DNA of 63,254 nt, counting the filler. It is 5 parts of 5 records of this genome, joined end to end, with 100 filler letters (N's around TTAATTAATTAA, not from the genome) between each part and the next. Parts side by side here need not be neighbours in the genome. Positions count along the whole stretch, not along the records: positions 1 to 19,387 come from SRR31156797_816; 4 more parts are not named here. One strand, given 5' to 3'. The position numbers were made by a program, and so were the translations under genes. Below, in pieces: positions 1 to 9,249 of the stretch; the first letter of the stretch is position 1, and every line of letters begins with the position of its first letter. A model generated the notes under the pieces. That model saw only the letters and a program-made list of their open reading frames with translations. It did not search any database and was not told where the DNA came from.

Positions 1-6
1 TCTTAT

Positions 7-77
7 GTAGGGACGAAATATCTTTCGTCCTGCAAATAATAATGAATTGATCAGGGCGAAAATTGTTTCGCCCCTAC
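7..77. repeat. Inverted pair of GTAG-type REP palindromes (REPIN-like)
   Basis: GTAG-GGACGAAA-tatc-TTTCGTCC at 7-30, and on the minus strand GTAG-GGGCGAAA-caat-TTTCGCCC at 54-77. A GTAG tetranucleotide followed by a short palindrome is the RAYT-associated REP architecture. Confidence 0.6.
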
Positions 78-126
78 TGAAGAATAGACTCCTCCTCTCC
101 TCCTCCCCACCTCACCACTTCTCCAC

Positions 127-160
127 TTCACGTTTTACGTTTTACGTTTTACAATTTACG
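127..160. repeat. Degenerate heptamer tandem array (TTTACGT-like)
   Basis: ttcacgt tttacgt tttacgt tttacaa tttacg read directly from the sequence. Confidence 0.6.
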
Positions 161-222
161 GTTTGCCTTTTGGCTTGGAACTCGTATATTCCTATTGAAT
201 TTAATATGGAGTTACATCTGTC

Positions 223-2286
223 ATGAAAAAAGTGCTTTTGCTCATATCTATTGTATTCTTGTTTTTAAACTGCGCATTTCAAGAAAATGCCGCACAGCCC
301 GTTAAGGCCATACCCGGGATCCCCGTTTCAAGATTTGATGAATTATATTCCAATAAAGCAATGGGTATGACCCATGAGAATGGAAATTTTACATTCAGAT
401 TATTCGCCCCGCGTGCCAACAAGGTTGAACTTGCTTTCTTTCGTTCAGCAAAAGGCCCGGCTTATAAAACACATTTTATGACGCGTGACGATGCCGGTGT
501 TTGGGAATATACCACTAATAAAAGGATGTGGAATAAATACTACGGATATTATATACAGGCAGAGAACGGAAAAGGTGATATTTTCAATCAAAACACCCTT
601 GTACCCGATCCGTACTCACAGGTAGTTTCAACTCAGAATAATTATCATATCAATGCAAGGACCTTTATATATAAAGATCACTTTGATTGGGAAGGTGATA
701 CATGGGTCAAGCCGCAGGACCCTCGTGATCTTATTATATATGAAGCACATGTAAGAGATCTAACAGCTCACCCTTCTTCCAATGTGGATGCACCGGGAAC
801 ATATATGGGTGTTGTGGAAAAAATTGATTACATAAAAAAATTAGGCGTTAACGCCGTTGAGTTCCTTCCATTGCATGATTTTGCAAATATCGAGATCCCT
901 TATCGCGATTCTTCAACCGTTCTTTTCAACACATGGAATCCCTATGAACGAAATCACTGGGGTTATATGAGCACCTTCTTTTTTGCACCCGAAAATTATT
1001 ACGGTTCTAAGGGTAATATGGTCAAAGATGCTTATATCGATGACAAAGGCAACAGTGTTGAAGAATTCAAAACCCTTGTAAAGGAATTACATAAAAATGG
1101 GATCGCTGTTATCATGGATGTAGTTTATAACCATACCAGCACATATGATCCTAATCCTTACAAATTAATTGATAAAAAATATTATTACCGTTTAGATGAA
1201 AATCAGGATTTTATCGCGACAAGCGGTTGCGGGAATGATTTTAAGACCGAACGTTCCATGTCACGTAAAATGATCGTTGAGAGTATTCTCTTTTGGATGA
1301 AAGAATACCATATTGACGGTTTCAGGTTCGACCTGGGCTCTCTTATTGATGATGGCACTATTGATGAGATCATTCGTGAAGCCCGAATGCTTAACCCGAA
1401 TGTGGTTATCGTCTGTGAACCTTGGGGTGGCGGTAAATACAATCCGGAACATATGTCAGAACTTGGCATGGGTTCCTGGAATGATAAATTTCGAAATGGG
1501 ATCAAGGGTCAAAACCCCCACTCCCGCCCGGGATTTATTTTCGGCAACTGGGATGAGGGTGTCAGTCGATCCAATGTCATGCGATTCCTGATGGGCTCTC
1601 ATCAAGATGATGGCGGACAGTTTTTGGATGTTCGTCACGGTGTTAATTATCTTGCTGCGCATGATGATGAGACGTTTGGAGATTTCGTTAGAGTCTATAC
1701 TGATAAGGCAGAAGAGAATGTCGTGATCGAAGATCTGGAGACTCATCACATATTAAGCCCGGAGGAAATGAAATTCCATAAACTGGGAGCCTTTATTCTG
1801 GCGACTTCCCAGGGAATGGCCATGATCCATTCCGGTCAGGAATTTGCACGAAGCAAGATCATCGAGGTCAATAATATTCCCGATAAAAAACAGGGAATGA
1901 TCGATAGGAATTCCTATGACAAAGATAATACTACAAATTATTTAAATTATGATATTGCAAGAAAGAACAAGGAACTGATCGATTTTTACGCTTCCGCTTT
2001 CAGATTAAGGCAAGTTTATCCTCAACTGAGAAAAGCATCTCGAAATGCTTTAGAACCCTTCTTTGCCGATAGCGAGTTTGGTATTGGTTACCGTATACGT
2101 CCTGAAAAAGGCAATAGCGAAGATCTGATCGTTTTAGTAAATGGATCACAGGACAAAACAGCGTTTTATAATCTTCCGGCTGGAATGTGGACATATTTAT
2201 TTTCTACACACAAGCATACGGATGAGCGTGTTTTGAACTATATTACTCTACAACCTTCGTCAGGTGTAGTATTAAAACAACAGTAG
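223..2286 (+). CDS. pulA: Type I pullulanase / GH13 debranching enzyme, probable lipoprotein
   Basis: CBM48-like FRLFAPRA..V, IIYEAHVRD, NHWGY, MDVVYNH, catalytic DGFRFD, EPW, YLAAHD; N-terminal signal ending FLNC. Confidence 0.85.
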   Translation: MKKVLLLISIVFLFLNCAFQENAAQPVKAIPGIPVSRFDELYSNKAMGMTHENGNFTFRLFAPRANKVELAFFRSAKGPAYKTHFMTRDDAGVWEYTTNKRMWNKYYGYYIQAENGKGDIFNQNTLVPDPYSQVVSTQNNYHINARTFIYKDHFDWEGDTWVKPQDPRDLIIYEAHVRDLTAHPSSNVDAPGTYMGVVEKIDYIKKLGVNAVEFLPLHDFANIEIPYRDSSTVLFNTWNPYERNHWGYMSTFFFAPENYYGSKGNMVKDAYIDDKGNSVEEFKTLVKELHKNGIAVIMDVVYNHTSTYDPNPYKLIDKKYYYRLDENQDFIATSGCGNDFKTERSMSRKMIVESILFWMKEYHIDGFRFDLGSLIDDGTIDEIIREARMLNPNVVIVCEPWGGGKYNPEHMSELGMGSWNDKFRNGIKGQNPHSRPGFIFGNWDEGVSRSNVMRFLMGSHQDDGGQFLDVRHGVNYLAAHDDETFGDFVRVYTDKAEENVVIEDLETHHILSPEEMKFHKLGAFILATSQGMAMIHSGQEFARSKIIEVNNIPDKKQGMIDRNSYDKDNTTNYLNYDIARKNKELIDFYASAFRLRQVYPQLRKASRNALEPFFADSEFGIGYRIRPEKGNSEDLIVLVNGSQDKTAFYNLPAGMWTYLFSTHKHTDERVLNYITLQPSSGVVLKQQ

Positions 2287-2343
2287 AACATAACATAAAG
2301 TATGTTACCTAGTTAGGAACGGGATTATTATAAGGAGATTGAT

Positions 2344-4182
2344 ATGCATACTGTAGACTATATCATAGTCGCAATTTATTTGACTGCCATGGTCGTAGTC
2401 GGATTGCTTATGCAGAGGAAAGCTAAAGAAGGCATTGAGTCTTACTTCCTCGGTAACCGGAATCTGCCCTGGTGGGCATTGGGTGCTTCCGGTATGTCCT
2501 CTAACCTGGATATCAGCGGAACCATGATCATCGTTGCCCTGGTTTACGCCATTGGTGCAAAAGGATTCTATATTGAGATCCGCGGCGGTGTTACTCTGAT
2601 CATGGCTTTTCTTATGATCTTCATGGGTAAATGGAATCGCAGGTCAAAGGTCATGACCGTTGCCGAATGGATGCAACTTCGTTTCGGCAAGGGCCCTCAA
2701 GGTGATGTCGCAAGGTTGATCCAAGCTATTACTTCAATTATTTTCACTATCGCTATGATCACCTATTTTGCTATAGGTGGCGGTAAATTTCTTGATACAT
2801 TTCTTGGTATTCCGGATTCATGGAATATTACAATTGGAAATATAGTTATCGGGACCGAGTTCTGGGCGGCGCTCATTCTCATTGCCATTGCAATGATCTA
2901 CACCGTAGCATCGGGACTATACGGTGTGATCTGGACGGACGTTTTCCAAGGTGTGCTGATCTTTCTGGCCATCTTGTATATCGTGGTTAGAGCAATGGGA
3001 TTGGAGCTACCTGAACAATTCTCGGTTGCTCTTCCCTTGAAAGACGGTGGATTTATGCACCAAGCCACAACCTGGAAAGAGTGGGTTAGCTTGGCACCAC
3101 AATGGCGATTGAATATCCCGGCTCAATCCGATTATTCAATGTATAATGTCTTTGGTGTTTTGATCATGTTCTACTTATTTAAGACCATCCTCGAAGGCAG
3201 TGGTGGTACAGGTAACTATATGATCCAACGTTACTATGCCGCAAAGAACGATAAGGAAGCCGGTTTGCTTTCATTGTTCTGGACCGGACTGCTTTCATTC
3301 CGCTGGCCCTTCATTGCAGCATTGGCTATTTGGGGTATTTCCATGGGCTCACAGATCACAGATCCGGAGATGGTACTGCCAATGGTCGTTACCGCATTAC
3401 CTATTGGTATTAAAGGCTTCCTGATCGCAGGCCTGATGGCGGCAGCTATGTCGACCTTTGATTCGACCGTGAACGCCGGTGCCGCTTATTGGGTAAAAGA
3501 TATCTATCAAAAATACATTAACCCGGAAGCCGACGGTAAGAAACTCATGCAACATTCTTATGGCGCATCGATCGTTATCGTTCTTGCCGGTCTACTCTTA
3601 ACTGTATTCATTAAGAACATTAATGAGATCTGGTCATGGATCACCATGGGACTTGGTGCCGGTTTATTGATACCTCAGCTTGTACGCTGGTACTGGAGCC
3701 GTCTGAATGGTTATGGTTACGCGATAGGTGTGGCTTCGGGTATGATCACGGCAATTCTATGGAAAATATTTATGCGTACCGGAGTTCTGCCTGAAACGCT
3801 TGCTCCCGAATATTATGGTTTCCTCATTGCATGTATCATGTCACTGGCCGGTATTGTCGTTGGAACTTTACTGACGGATCCTATTGATGAAAAGACAACC
3901 CAGAATTTCTATAATGTCACACGGCCTTTCGGCGCCTGGGGTAAATACAAACAGAATTTGCCACAGAATACACAGCTTGCCATTAGAAAAGAAAATCGTC
4001 GCGATATTTTTGCAACGATCATCGCTATTCCCTGGCAGTTGACACTCTTCATGTTCATGATGAATATTGTCTTCAAAGATTGGGGTCAGGCATTATGGTT
4101 GGGGCTCATCTTTATTGCCCTAAGTACCGGTCTTTACTTCTTATGGTTCAAGCACCTGTCAACAGAGGTGAAAGTAGATTAA
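2344..4182 (+). CDS. Sodium:solute symporter (SSS family), probably for sugar
   Basis: YFLGNRNLPWW, GVIWTDVFQ, IQRYYAAK, AAAMSTFDS motifs; many TM helices; RBS AAGGAG. Confidence 0.9.
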   Translation: MHTVDYIIVAIYLTAMVVVGLLMQRKAKEGIESYFLGNRNLPWWALGASGMSSNLDISGTMIIVALVYAIGAKGFYIEIRGGVTLIMAFLMIFMGKWNRRSKVMTVAEWMQLRFGKGPQGDVARLIQAITSIIFTIAMITYFAIGGGKFLDTFLGIPDSWNITIGNIVIGTEFWAALILIAIAMIYTVASGLYGVIWTDVFQGVLIFLAILYIVVRAMGLELPEQFSVALPLKDGGFMHQATTWKEWVSLAPQWRLNIPAQSDYSMYNVFGVLIMFYLFKTILEGSGGTGNYMIQRYYAAKNDKEAGLLSLFWTGLLSFRWPFIAALAIWGISMGSQITDPEMVLPMVVTALPIGIKGFLIAGLMAAAMSTFDSTVNAGAAYWVKDIYQKYINPEADGKKLMQHSYGASIVIVLAGLLLTVFIKNINEIWSWITMGLGAGLLIPQLVRWYWSRLNGYGYAIGVASGMITAILWKIFMRTGVLPETLAPEYYGFLIACIMSLAGIVVGTLLTDPIDEKTTQNFYNVTRPFGAWGKYKQNLPQNTQLAIRKENRRDIFATIIAIPWQLTLFMFMMNIVFKDWGQALWLGLIFIALSTGLYFLWFKHLSTEVKVD

Positions 4183-4209
4183 AATAAGTTAATTAAATGA
4201 ATAATAAAT

Positions 4210-4238
4210 AGCCCTGTTCGTTTGAATGGGGCTTTTTT
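4210..4238 (+). terminator. Rho-independent terminator after the symporter
   Basis: AGCCCTGTTC-gttt-GAATGGGGCT followed by a T-tract. Confidence 0.7.
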
Positions 4239-4417
4239 GTAACTGGTAAAAAGTAAATGGTGAGAAGTTAGTAGAAGTAAATGGTTGTTAGTGAGAGGTA
4301 GATTTAAAAAACAAATGTGATCATAATCACGGATTTCTAATCATAGAGTTTTCTTATTTGAATTGATATAATGAATTGTTAGAATTCTATGAAATAAGTG
4401 TAATTGAGGAGGATGAA

Positions 4418-4762
4418 ATGAAGACTCATCATGATCTTGATGTTTGGAAAAATAGCATTTCTTTTACTAAACAAATTTATCAAATTACTAAATCGTTTCC
4501 TGACGATGAGAAATTCGGACTAGTTTCTCAAATGAGAAGAGCAGCAGTATCAATTGCCTCAAATATTGCAGAAGGTGCCGCTCGACAATCAGACAAGGAA
4601 TTCCTAAAGTTTCTGTACTATTCTTTAGGATCTATCTCTGAATTAGAGACACAGATTTTTGTCGCACAAGAATTAAGATATATTGTGAATAACGAAGGAT
4701 TATTAATCGCAGAATTAAACTCAGTTAAAAAATTATTATTAGGATTAATCAATTATATTTAA
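4418..4762 (+). CDS. Four-helix-bundle protein (23S rRNA IVP / bAvd-like family)
   Basis: HHDLDVWK...FPDDEKFGLVSQMRRAAVSIASNIAEG...SLGSISELETQ. Start moved to ATG 4418, downstream of a GAGGAGG RBS. Confidence 0.9.
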   Translation: MKTHHDLDVWKNSISFTKQIYQITKSFPDDEKFGLVSQMRRAAVSIASNIAEGAARQSDKEFLKFLYYSLGSISELETQIFVAQELRYIVNNEGLLIAELNSVKKLLLGLINYI

Positions 4763-4834
4763 AAACGATTAAAGAACAAATGAATATCAATCCTTTACCG
4801 TAACACTTTTTTACGACTATTGACTTCTCACTTC

Positions 4835-5587
4835 TCACCTTTCACTGGAAGCAAGGATCTCTTTATCCTTCAACAACCTTAAATTCGGTGGGATAACAGC
4901 AATACCGAATATCAAGATACCGGCAATAAGCATCCAGCCATTACCATTAAACAGCTGAAAATGGTTTCCCCAACCCCAATGGTCGAATAAAATTGAATTG
5001 GTGATCAAAGGGCTCCAATCCTTGGAAACAAGACTTTCTATCAGGAGATAAACCGGTGTTGTAAATAAAAACACAAAAGGTGTCATTCTGCCCATAGGAT
5101 ACTTTTGTTTTCTGAAAAATATTTTTACAACAATATATGCAATGACGATATTGATCAAAAATTGCGGAAGGATCAAGAACAACCAACATCCGAATAGAAC
5201 ACCTATTGAACCACCACCTTTGAATTTGTAGAAGATCGGAAATCCATGACCATATATTGCAGCAATACCTATCAGCAACAGGGCAAGGAATTCAGCTCCA
5301 TCAAAGGGGATAACTACATCAAAGATGGGAGCAGTGGAAAAGAATAGCCATTTATACAATAACATGATCATCGAGCCTTTCAGAGCATCGAATAAAAGGG
5401 TCATGATACCCCAAAACACTCCTACTTCCCTTGCCACATTAGAAGTACCGGGATTACCATTACCCACCTGAGTAATATCAAGGCCTTTGCCCAGACGGGA
5501 AAATAAACGGGCATACGAAACTGAACCCGAAAGGTAACCGAGGATCAAACCGGATACCAATACAAGATAGAACATATCGATCTCCAT
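4835..5587 (-). CDS. plsY: Divergent glycerol-3-phosphate acyltransferase (PlsY family)
   Basis: GYLSGSV, GNGNPGTSNVAR, DALKG, GHGFPIFYKFKGG; motif 3 atypical. Confidence 0.8.
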   Translation of the reverse strand: MEIDMFYLVLVSGLILGYLSGSVSYARLFSRLGKGLDITQVGNGNPGTSNVAREVGVFWGIMTLLFDALKGSMIMLLYKWLFFSTAPIFDVVIPFDGAEFLALLLIGIAAIYGHGFPIFYKFKGGGSIGVLFGCWLFLILPQFLINIVIAYIVVKIFFRKQKYPMGRMTPFVFLFTTPVYLLIESLVSKDWSPLITNSILFDHWGWGNHFQLFNGNGWMLIAGILIFGIAVIPPNLRLLKDKEILASSER

Positions 5588-5604
5588 ATTATAGATTTAA
5601 AGGA

Positions 5605-7191
5605 TTATTCAAGTCCGATAAGCAACATAGCCGTATGCTGTCCGCCATAACGTGTATCAAATTCCAGATCATCATATTCAGATATCAATTCTTCAGTAAT
5701 TGGCGTCAGATCTTCCGGGGCAACATTATCATTATAGTATAGGCTTATTGTCATTCTTTCATCAGGGTTTGCTTCTCTGATAGCAGAGAGCACAACAGGA
5801 TCGAATTTTTTATCAACAGCAACTACATTTCCGTTCATTACGGCAAAATAATGTTTATTGGGTATTTTAATTCCGGCAAACTGCGAGTCTTTAATACTTT
5901 TATAAACACTGATGCTATCAACCAATTCCATGGATGAATTCATTTGGGTAAGATTTTCTTCCCAACTTGCATTCTTAACAAAACCCATGATCGCGGCTAC
6001 TCCCTGGATCACATTCTTGCTTGGGAAGATCTCAATATGTTTTGATGTTTCATTCTTCACCAGCTGAACAGCCGGAATAATATTCTTATCATTAGCCAAA
6101 ACGATAATAACATCATAGGGCATTTGTTTTACATGATTCAGAATGTCGCCTGTTTTGGGCAGGTTTTTACCGTAAACCATTACATCAAGATCAGGCTCAA
6201 AATCATGAAGAATAGAACGAAATCCTTCGCCCGGCACTAAAGCTAAAACACCAATTTCATTTTCATGTTTGAATCGTGCGAATTCTTCTTCTATTTGCTT
6301 TTGCATGTCCTCTATCTTCTTTTTCTCGATAGATCCATATGCAGATAATTCTTCAACGACCTCATCGGGTTCGTTGGTATGGACATGCAGTTTGATAATA
6401 TCATCATTGATCAGCAAAGCCACACTGTCACCCATATCGTTCAAATAAACCTCAAGATCTTTTTCGATCTTATTCTCACCGCGACGAATGGTCAATTCGG
6501 TACAATAACGATGAGAAATTTCCATCAGCTCTTCGATATTTGAATTTTCATCCGGTTCAAAGCGATATTCGGCTTCATCTTCGATCTTAATATCTTCACC
6601 AGACATCTTACGTCGCATTCCTTCAAGAATAAAAACAAAACCAAGAGCACCTGAATCCACTACCCCGGCTTTTTTCAACACAGGCAGTTTTTCAGGTGAA
6701 ATGAATACTTCTTTCATACCTGCATCAACAGCTAGTGTAAAATGATCCAGGACCGTTTCAGAGCTGGTATTTTTCATTTCATGTGCAATTGCCTCAAAAA
6801 CAGAAAGCATTGTTCCTTCACGCGGTGTAGAAACAGACGTCTTAGAAATAAAATGTCCATGAGTAAAAGCTTCTGTCAGTATATCGGGAGTAACGTCACC
6901 ATGTTTAAGAATTACATCAGAAAAGCCGGAAATGAAACGTGACAAGATAAAACCGGAATTCCCCCGGCTATTCATTGTACAATGTTCATTCAAAATACCT
7001 AAAACCGTATCAAAGGTTTTTGCTTTCTTTTCCTGAATAGTTTCAATTGCCGGTTGGAATGTAAGTAACATATTAACACCGGTATCGCCATCAGGCACAG
7101 GAAAGACATTCAGGTTATCTATTGTGTGGTAATTTGCTTTAAAATATTCCAAGCCCCCTTCAAGGGACGAGATAAATCTCTTTACTTTCAT
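5605..7191 (-). CDS. fakA: DAK2-domain fatty acid kinase catalytic subunit (FakA/YloV family)
   Basis: LNVFPVPDGDTGVNM, SRGNSG, GVVDSGA, YCTE, KLHVHT motifs. Confidence 0.85.
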   Translation of the reverse strand: MKVKRFISSLEGGLEYFKANYHTIDNLNVFPVPDGDTGVNMLLTFQPAIETIQEKKAKTFDTVLGILNEHCTMNSRGNSGFILSRFISGFSDVILKHGDVTPDILTEAFTHGHFISKTSVSTPREGTMLSVFEAIAHEMKNTSSETVLDHFTLAVDAGMKEVFISPEKLPVLKKAGVVDSGALGFVFILEGMRRKMSGEDIKIEDEAEYRFEPDENSNIEELMEISHRYCTELTIRRGENKIEKDLEVYLNDMGDSVALLINDDIIKLHVHTNEPDEVVEELSAYGSIEKKKIEDMQKQIEEEFARFKHENEIGVLALVPGEGFRSILHDFEPDLDVMVYGKNLPKTGDILNHVKQMPYDVIIVLANDKNIIPAVQLVKNETSKHIEIFPSKNVIQGVAAIMGFVKNASWEENLTQMNSSMELVDSISVYKSIKDSQFAGIKIPNKHYFAVMNGNVVAVDKKFDPVVLSAIREANPDERMTISLYYNDNVAPEDLTPITEELISEYDDLEFDTRYGGQHTAMLLIGLE

Positions 7192-7208
7192 ATGTTCTTT
7201 TCTTTCAA

Positions 7209-8090
7209 TTACGTTCCAATAACATAGCCCATTTCAAAATAGTCAGGGCCAAGGTGAGGCATATGTGCAAAATTGGAATAGTTTAATTCAAAATACATTT
7301 CCCAACCCAATTCTTCTGCAGCTGTTTCCAGCAACTTTTTCATATACAGACATTCTTTATCATGTCCGCCGACATATGACATGGCAACGGTCAATTTTTT
7401 ACTTTTTTTCTCATTCATTTGAGCTTTGATAGTAGATAAAAATCTGGCACAAGCCTGTTTATAATTCCGGGCCTTCCCCATTGCCTTGATCTCGCCGGAA
7501 CCGGGAACCGCTGAAAGCAGGGGCATAATTCCAATGGCCGTTCCCATTACTGCTTGAGCTAAACCTACACGTCCACCTCGATGCAAATAAAACAGGTCAT
7601 AAAGAGCGCCCATAACGTGGGTATTATTAACATTCTTCTCTAGAATTGCCAAGCACTCTTCACGAGTAAGCTCCTTACCTTCCATTTCATTCAATAAAGC
7701 GATCAATTGAACACCCACACCGGATACCAGACTTTTTGTATCAAAAGGAACAACATCATATTCCGGATGATTATCCAATGCAGCTTTAAGTCCTTCTGCC
7801 GTGGCAGCTGTATTTCTTAACGCCTGTGTCATCACGATCATTTCTTCGCCCTTGTTCTTCTCAAAAGCTTCAGCAAATTGTGTTTCAGAAGCACCGATCG
7901 TGGTGATCTTGTTTTTTTTATCGCGCATTAATTCAATGAATTTCTCTTTTTCTTTGCGCCAATTGGGCATATCCCAAGTTTGAGGATAAACTTCACCATT
8001 CATGAGGATAGGCATATCCACAATGGTCAAACCAAGTTCTTTAATACGTTCGGGTTCGAGCTGACAAGTACTGTCAATGATGATCTTCAT
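7209..8090 (-). CDS. DegV-family fatty-acid-binding protein (FakB-like), copy 2
   Basis: MKIIIDST, FDTKSL..GVG, LFYLHRGGRVG, PHLGP. Start ATG 8090 after CAGGAGG gives 293 aa, the same length as its paralog. Confidence 0.8.
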   Translation of the reverse strand: MKIIIDSTCQLEPERIKELGLTIVDMPILMNGEVYPQTWDMPNWRKEKEKFIELMRDKKNKITTIGASETQFAEAFEKNKGEEMIVMTQALRNTAATAEGLKAALDNHPEYDVVPFDTKSLVSGVGVQLIALLNEMEGKELTREECLAILEKNVNNTHVMGALYDLFYLHRGGRVGLAQAVMGTAIGIMPLLSAVPGSGEIKAMGKARNYKQACARFLSTIKAQMNEKKSKKLTVAMSYVGGHDKECLYMKKLLETAAEELGWEMYFELNYSNFAHMPHLGPDYFEMGYVIGT

Positions 8091-8204
8091 TGTCATTCCT
8101 CCTGTTTGCCTCAATTATAAACAAATTATTATTTTATTACAAGTTACATTTAGAAAGCAAAAGAAAGGATTTTGCCATTATACTTTTGCCTTTTACTTTG
8201 TGAT

Positions 8205-9086
8205 TCAGGTATGAATCACGTATCCCATTTCATAAAAATCAGGACCCATATGAGGTAATAATGAGAAATTTGAGTAATTCAGGTAAATCTCAACATCCCA
8301 TCCATTATCCTCAGCTGCCGAAAGCAAAAGTTCTTTCATGTGCAGGCACTCTTTATCATGATCAAGTGAATAAGCAAGGTTCACAGTAAGTTTGGTGCTA
8401 TTTTGTTCCGCCATTTGATCTTTGATATTTGCCAGAAATCTCACATTTGCTTGCTTATAGTTTCTGACCTTACCTGTTGATTTCAGAACTCCGGATTGTG
8501 GTGTTGAAGATAGCATAGGATACAAGTGCATCGCTGTTGCCATTGCGGCTTTGGCTAAACCCAAGCGACCGCTTCGATGGAGATAGAAGAGATCGTAAAG
8601 AACCCCAACCACCCAGGCATTTGATCTGTTTTTTACCAATAGATCATAACATTCATCACGGCTCAGGTCCTTAGTTTTAAGCTCTCGTAACAAGGCTAAG
8701 CCCTGTGCCCCCACACCTGATGCAAGTATTTCGGTATCAAAAGCTTTTACATTATGTTCGGGATGCTCTTCCAGAACTTTCTTTAGCGCATTCCCGGTTG
8801 CCTTTGTATTGCTTAATGATTGAGTGATCAAAAGGATCTCTTCACCTTTGTATTTATTAAAGGTTTTTAAAAAGCTTTTTTCAGTGATCCCGGATGTTCC
8901 TGATCGGTTCTTTTTTTCTCTCAACAATTCAATGAATTTCTCCTTGTCTTCACGGATCGTTGGAGAGTCCCATTGATGTTCATATTCCTCCCCATTCAAA
9001 AATAAGGGATAATCTATAAACCCTAAATTTAATTCTTTGACTAATTTTGGCTCAAATTGACTAGTACTGTCGATAATGATCTTCAT
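8205..9086 (-). CDS. DegV-family fatty-acid-binding protein (FakB-like), copy 1
   Basis: MKIIIDSTSQ, LFYLHRSGRLG, PHMGP; visibly a tandem paralog of 7209-8090. Confidence 0.8.
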   Translation of the reverse strand: MKIIIDSTSQFEPKLVKELNLGFIDYPLFLNGEEYEHQWDSPTIREDKEKFIELLREKKNRSGTSGITEKSFLKTFNKYKGEEILLITQSLSNTKATGNALKKVLEEHPEHNVKAFDTEILASGVGAQGLALLRELKTKDLSRDECYDLLVKNRSNAWVVGVLYDLFYLHRSGRLGLAKAAMATAMHLYPMLSSTPQSGVLKSTGKVRNYKQANVRFLANIKDQMAEQNSTKLTVNLAYSLDHDKECLHMKELLLSAAEDNGWDVEIYLNYSNFSLLPHMGPDFYEMGYVIHT

Positions 9087-9249
9087 TCTTATTCCTCCTG
9101 TGTGTTACCAAATAATAAAAATTTTTAAGTATAAATACCAATGTTTTAAACAAAAGCATTTATACCGGAGAATTTTATATTGTTTATATTGATGATATGC
9201 TTTATTTTCATGCAATCTAAACAGACTATCAGAACTTATAGGAGCTCTT

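Noticed and set aside
4418-4762. Diversity-generating retroelement suggested by the bAvd-like fold
   Set aside because: No reverse transcriptase or TR/VR repeat pair is visible in the contig.
4760-4783. Possible premature stop in the four-helix-bundle gene (YI*KRLKNK*)
   Set aside because: Only about 7 residues would be lost and all conserved helices are present, so pseudogene status is unsupported.
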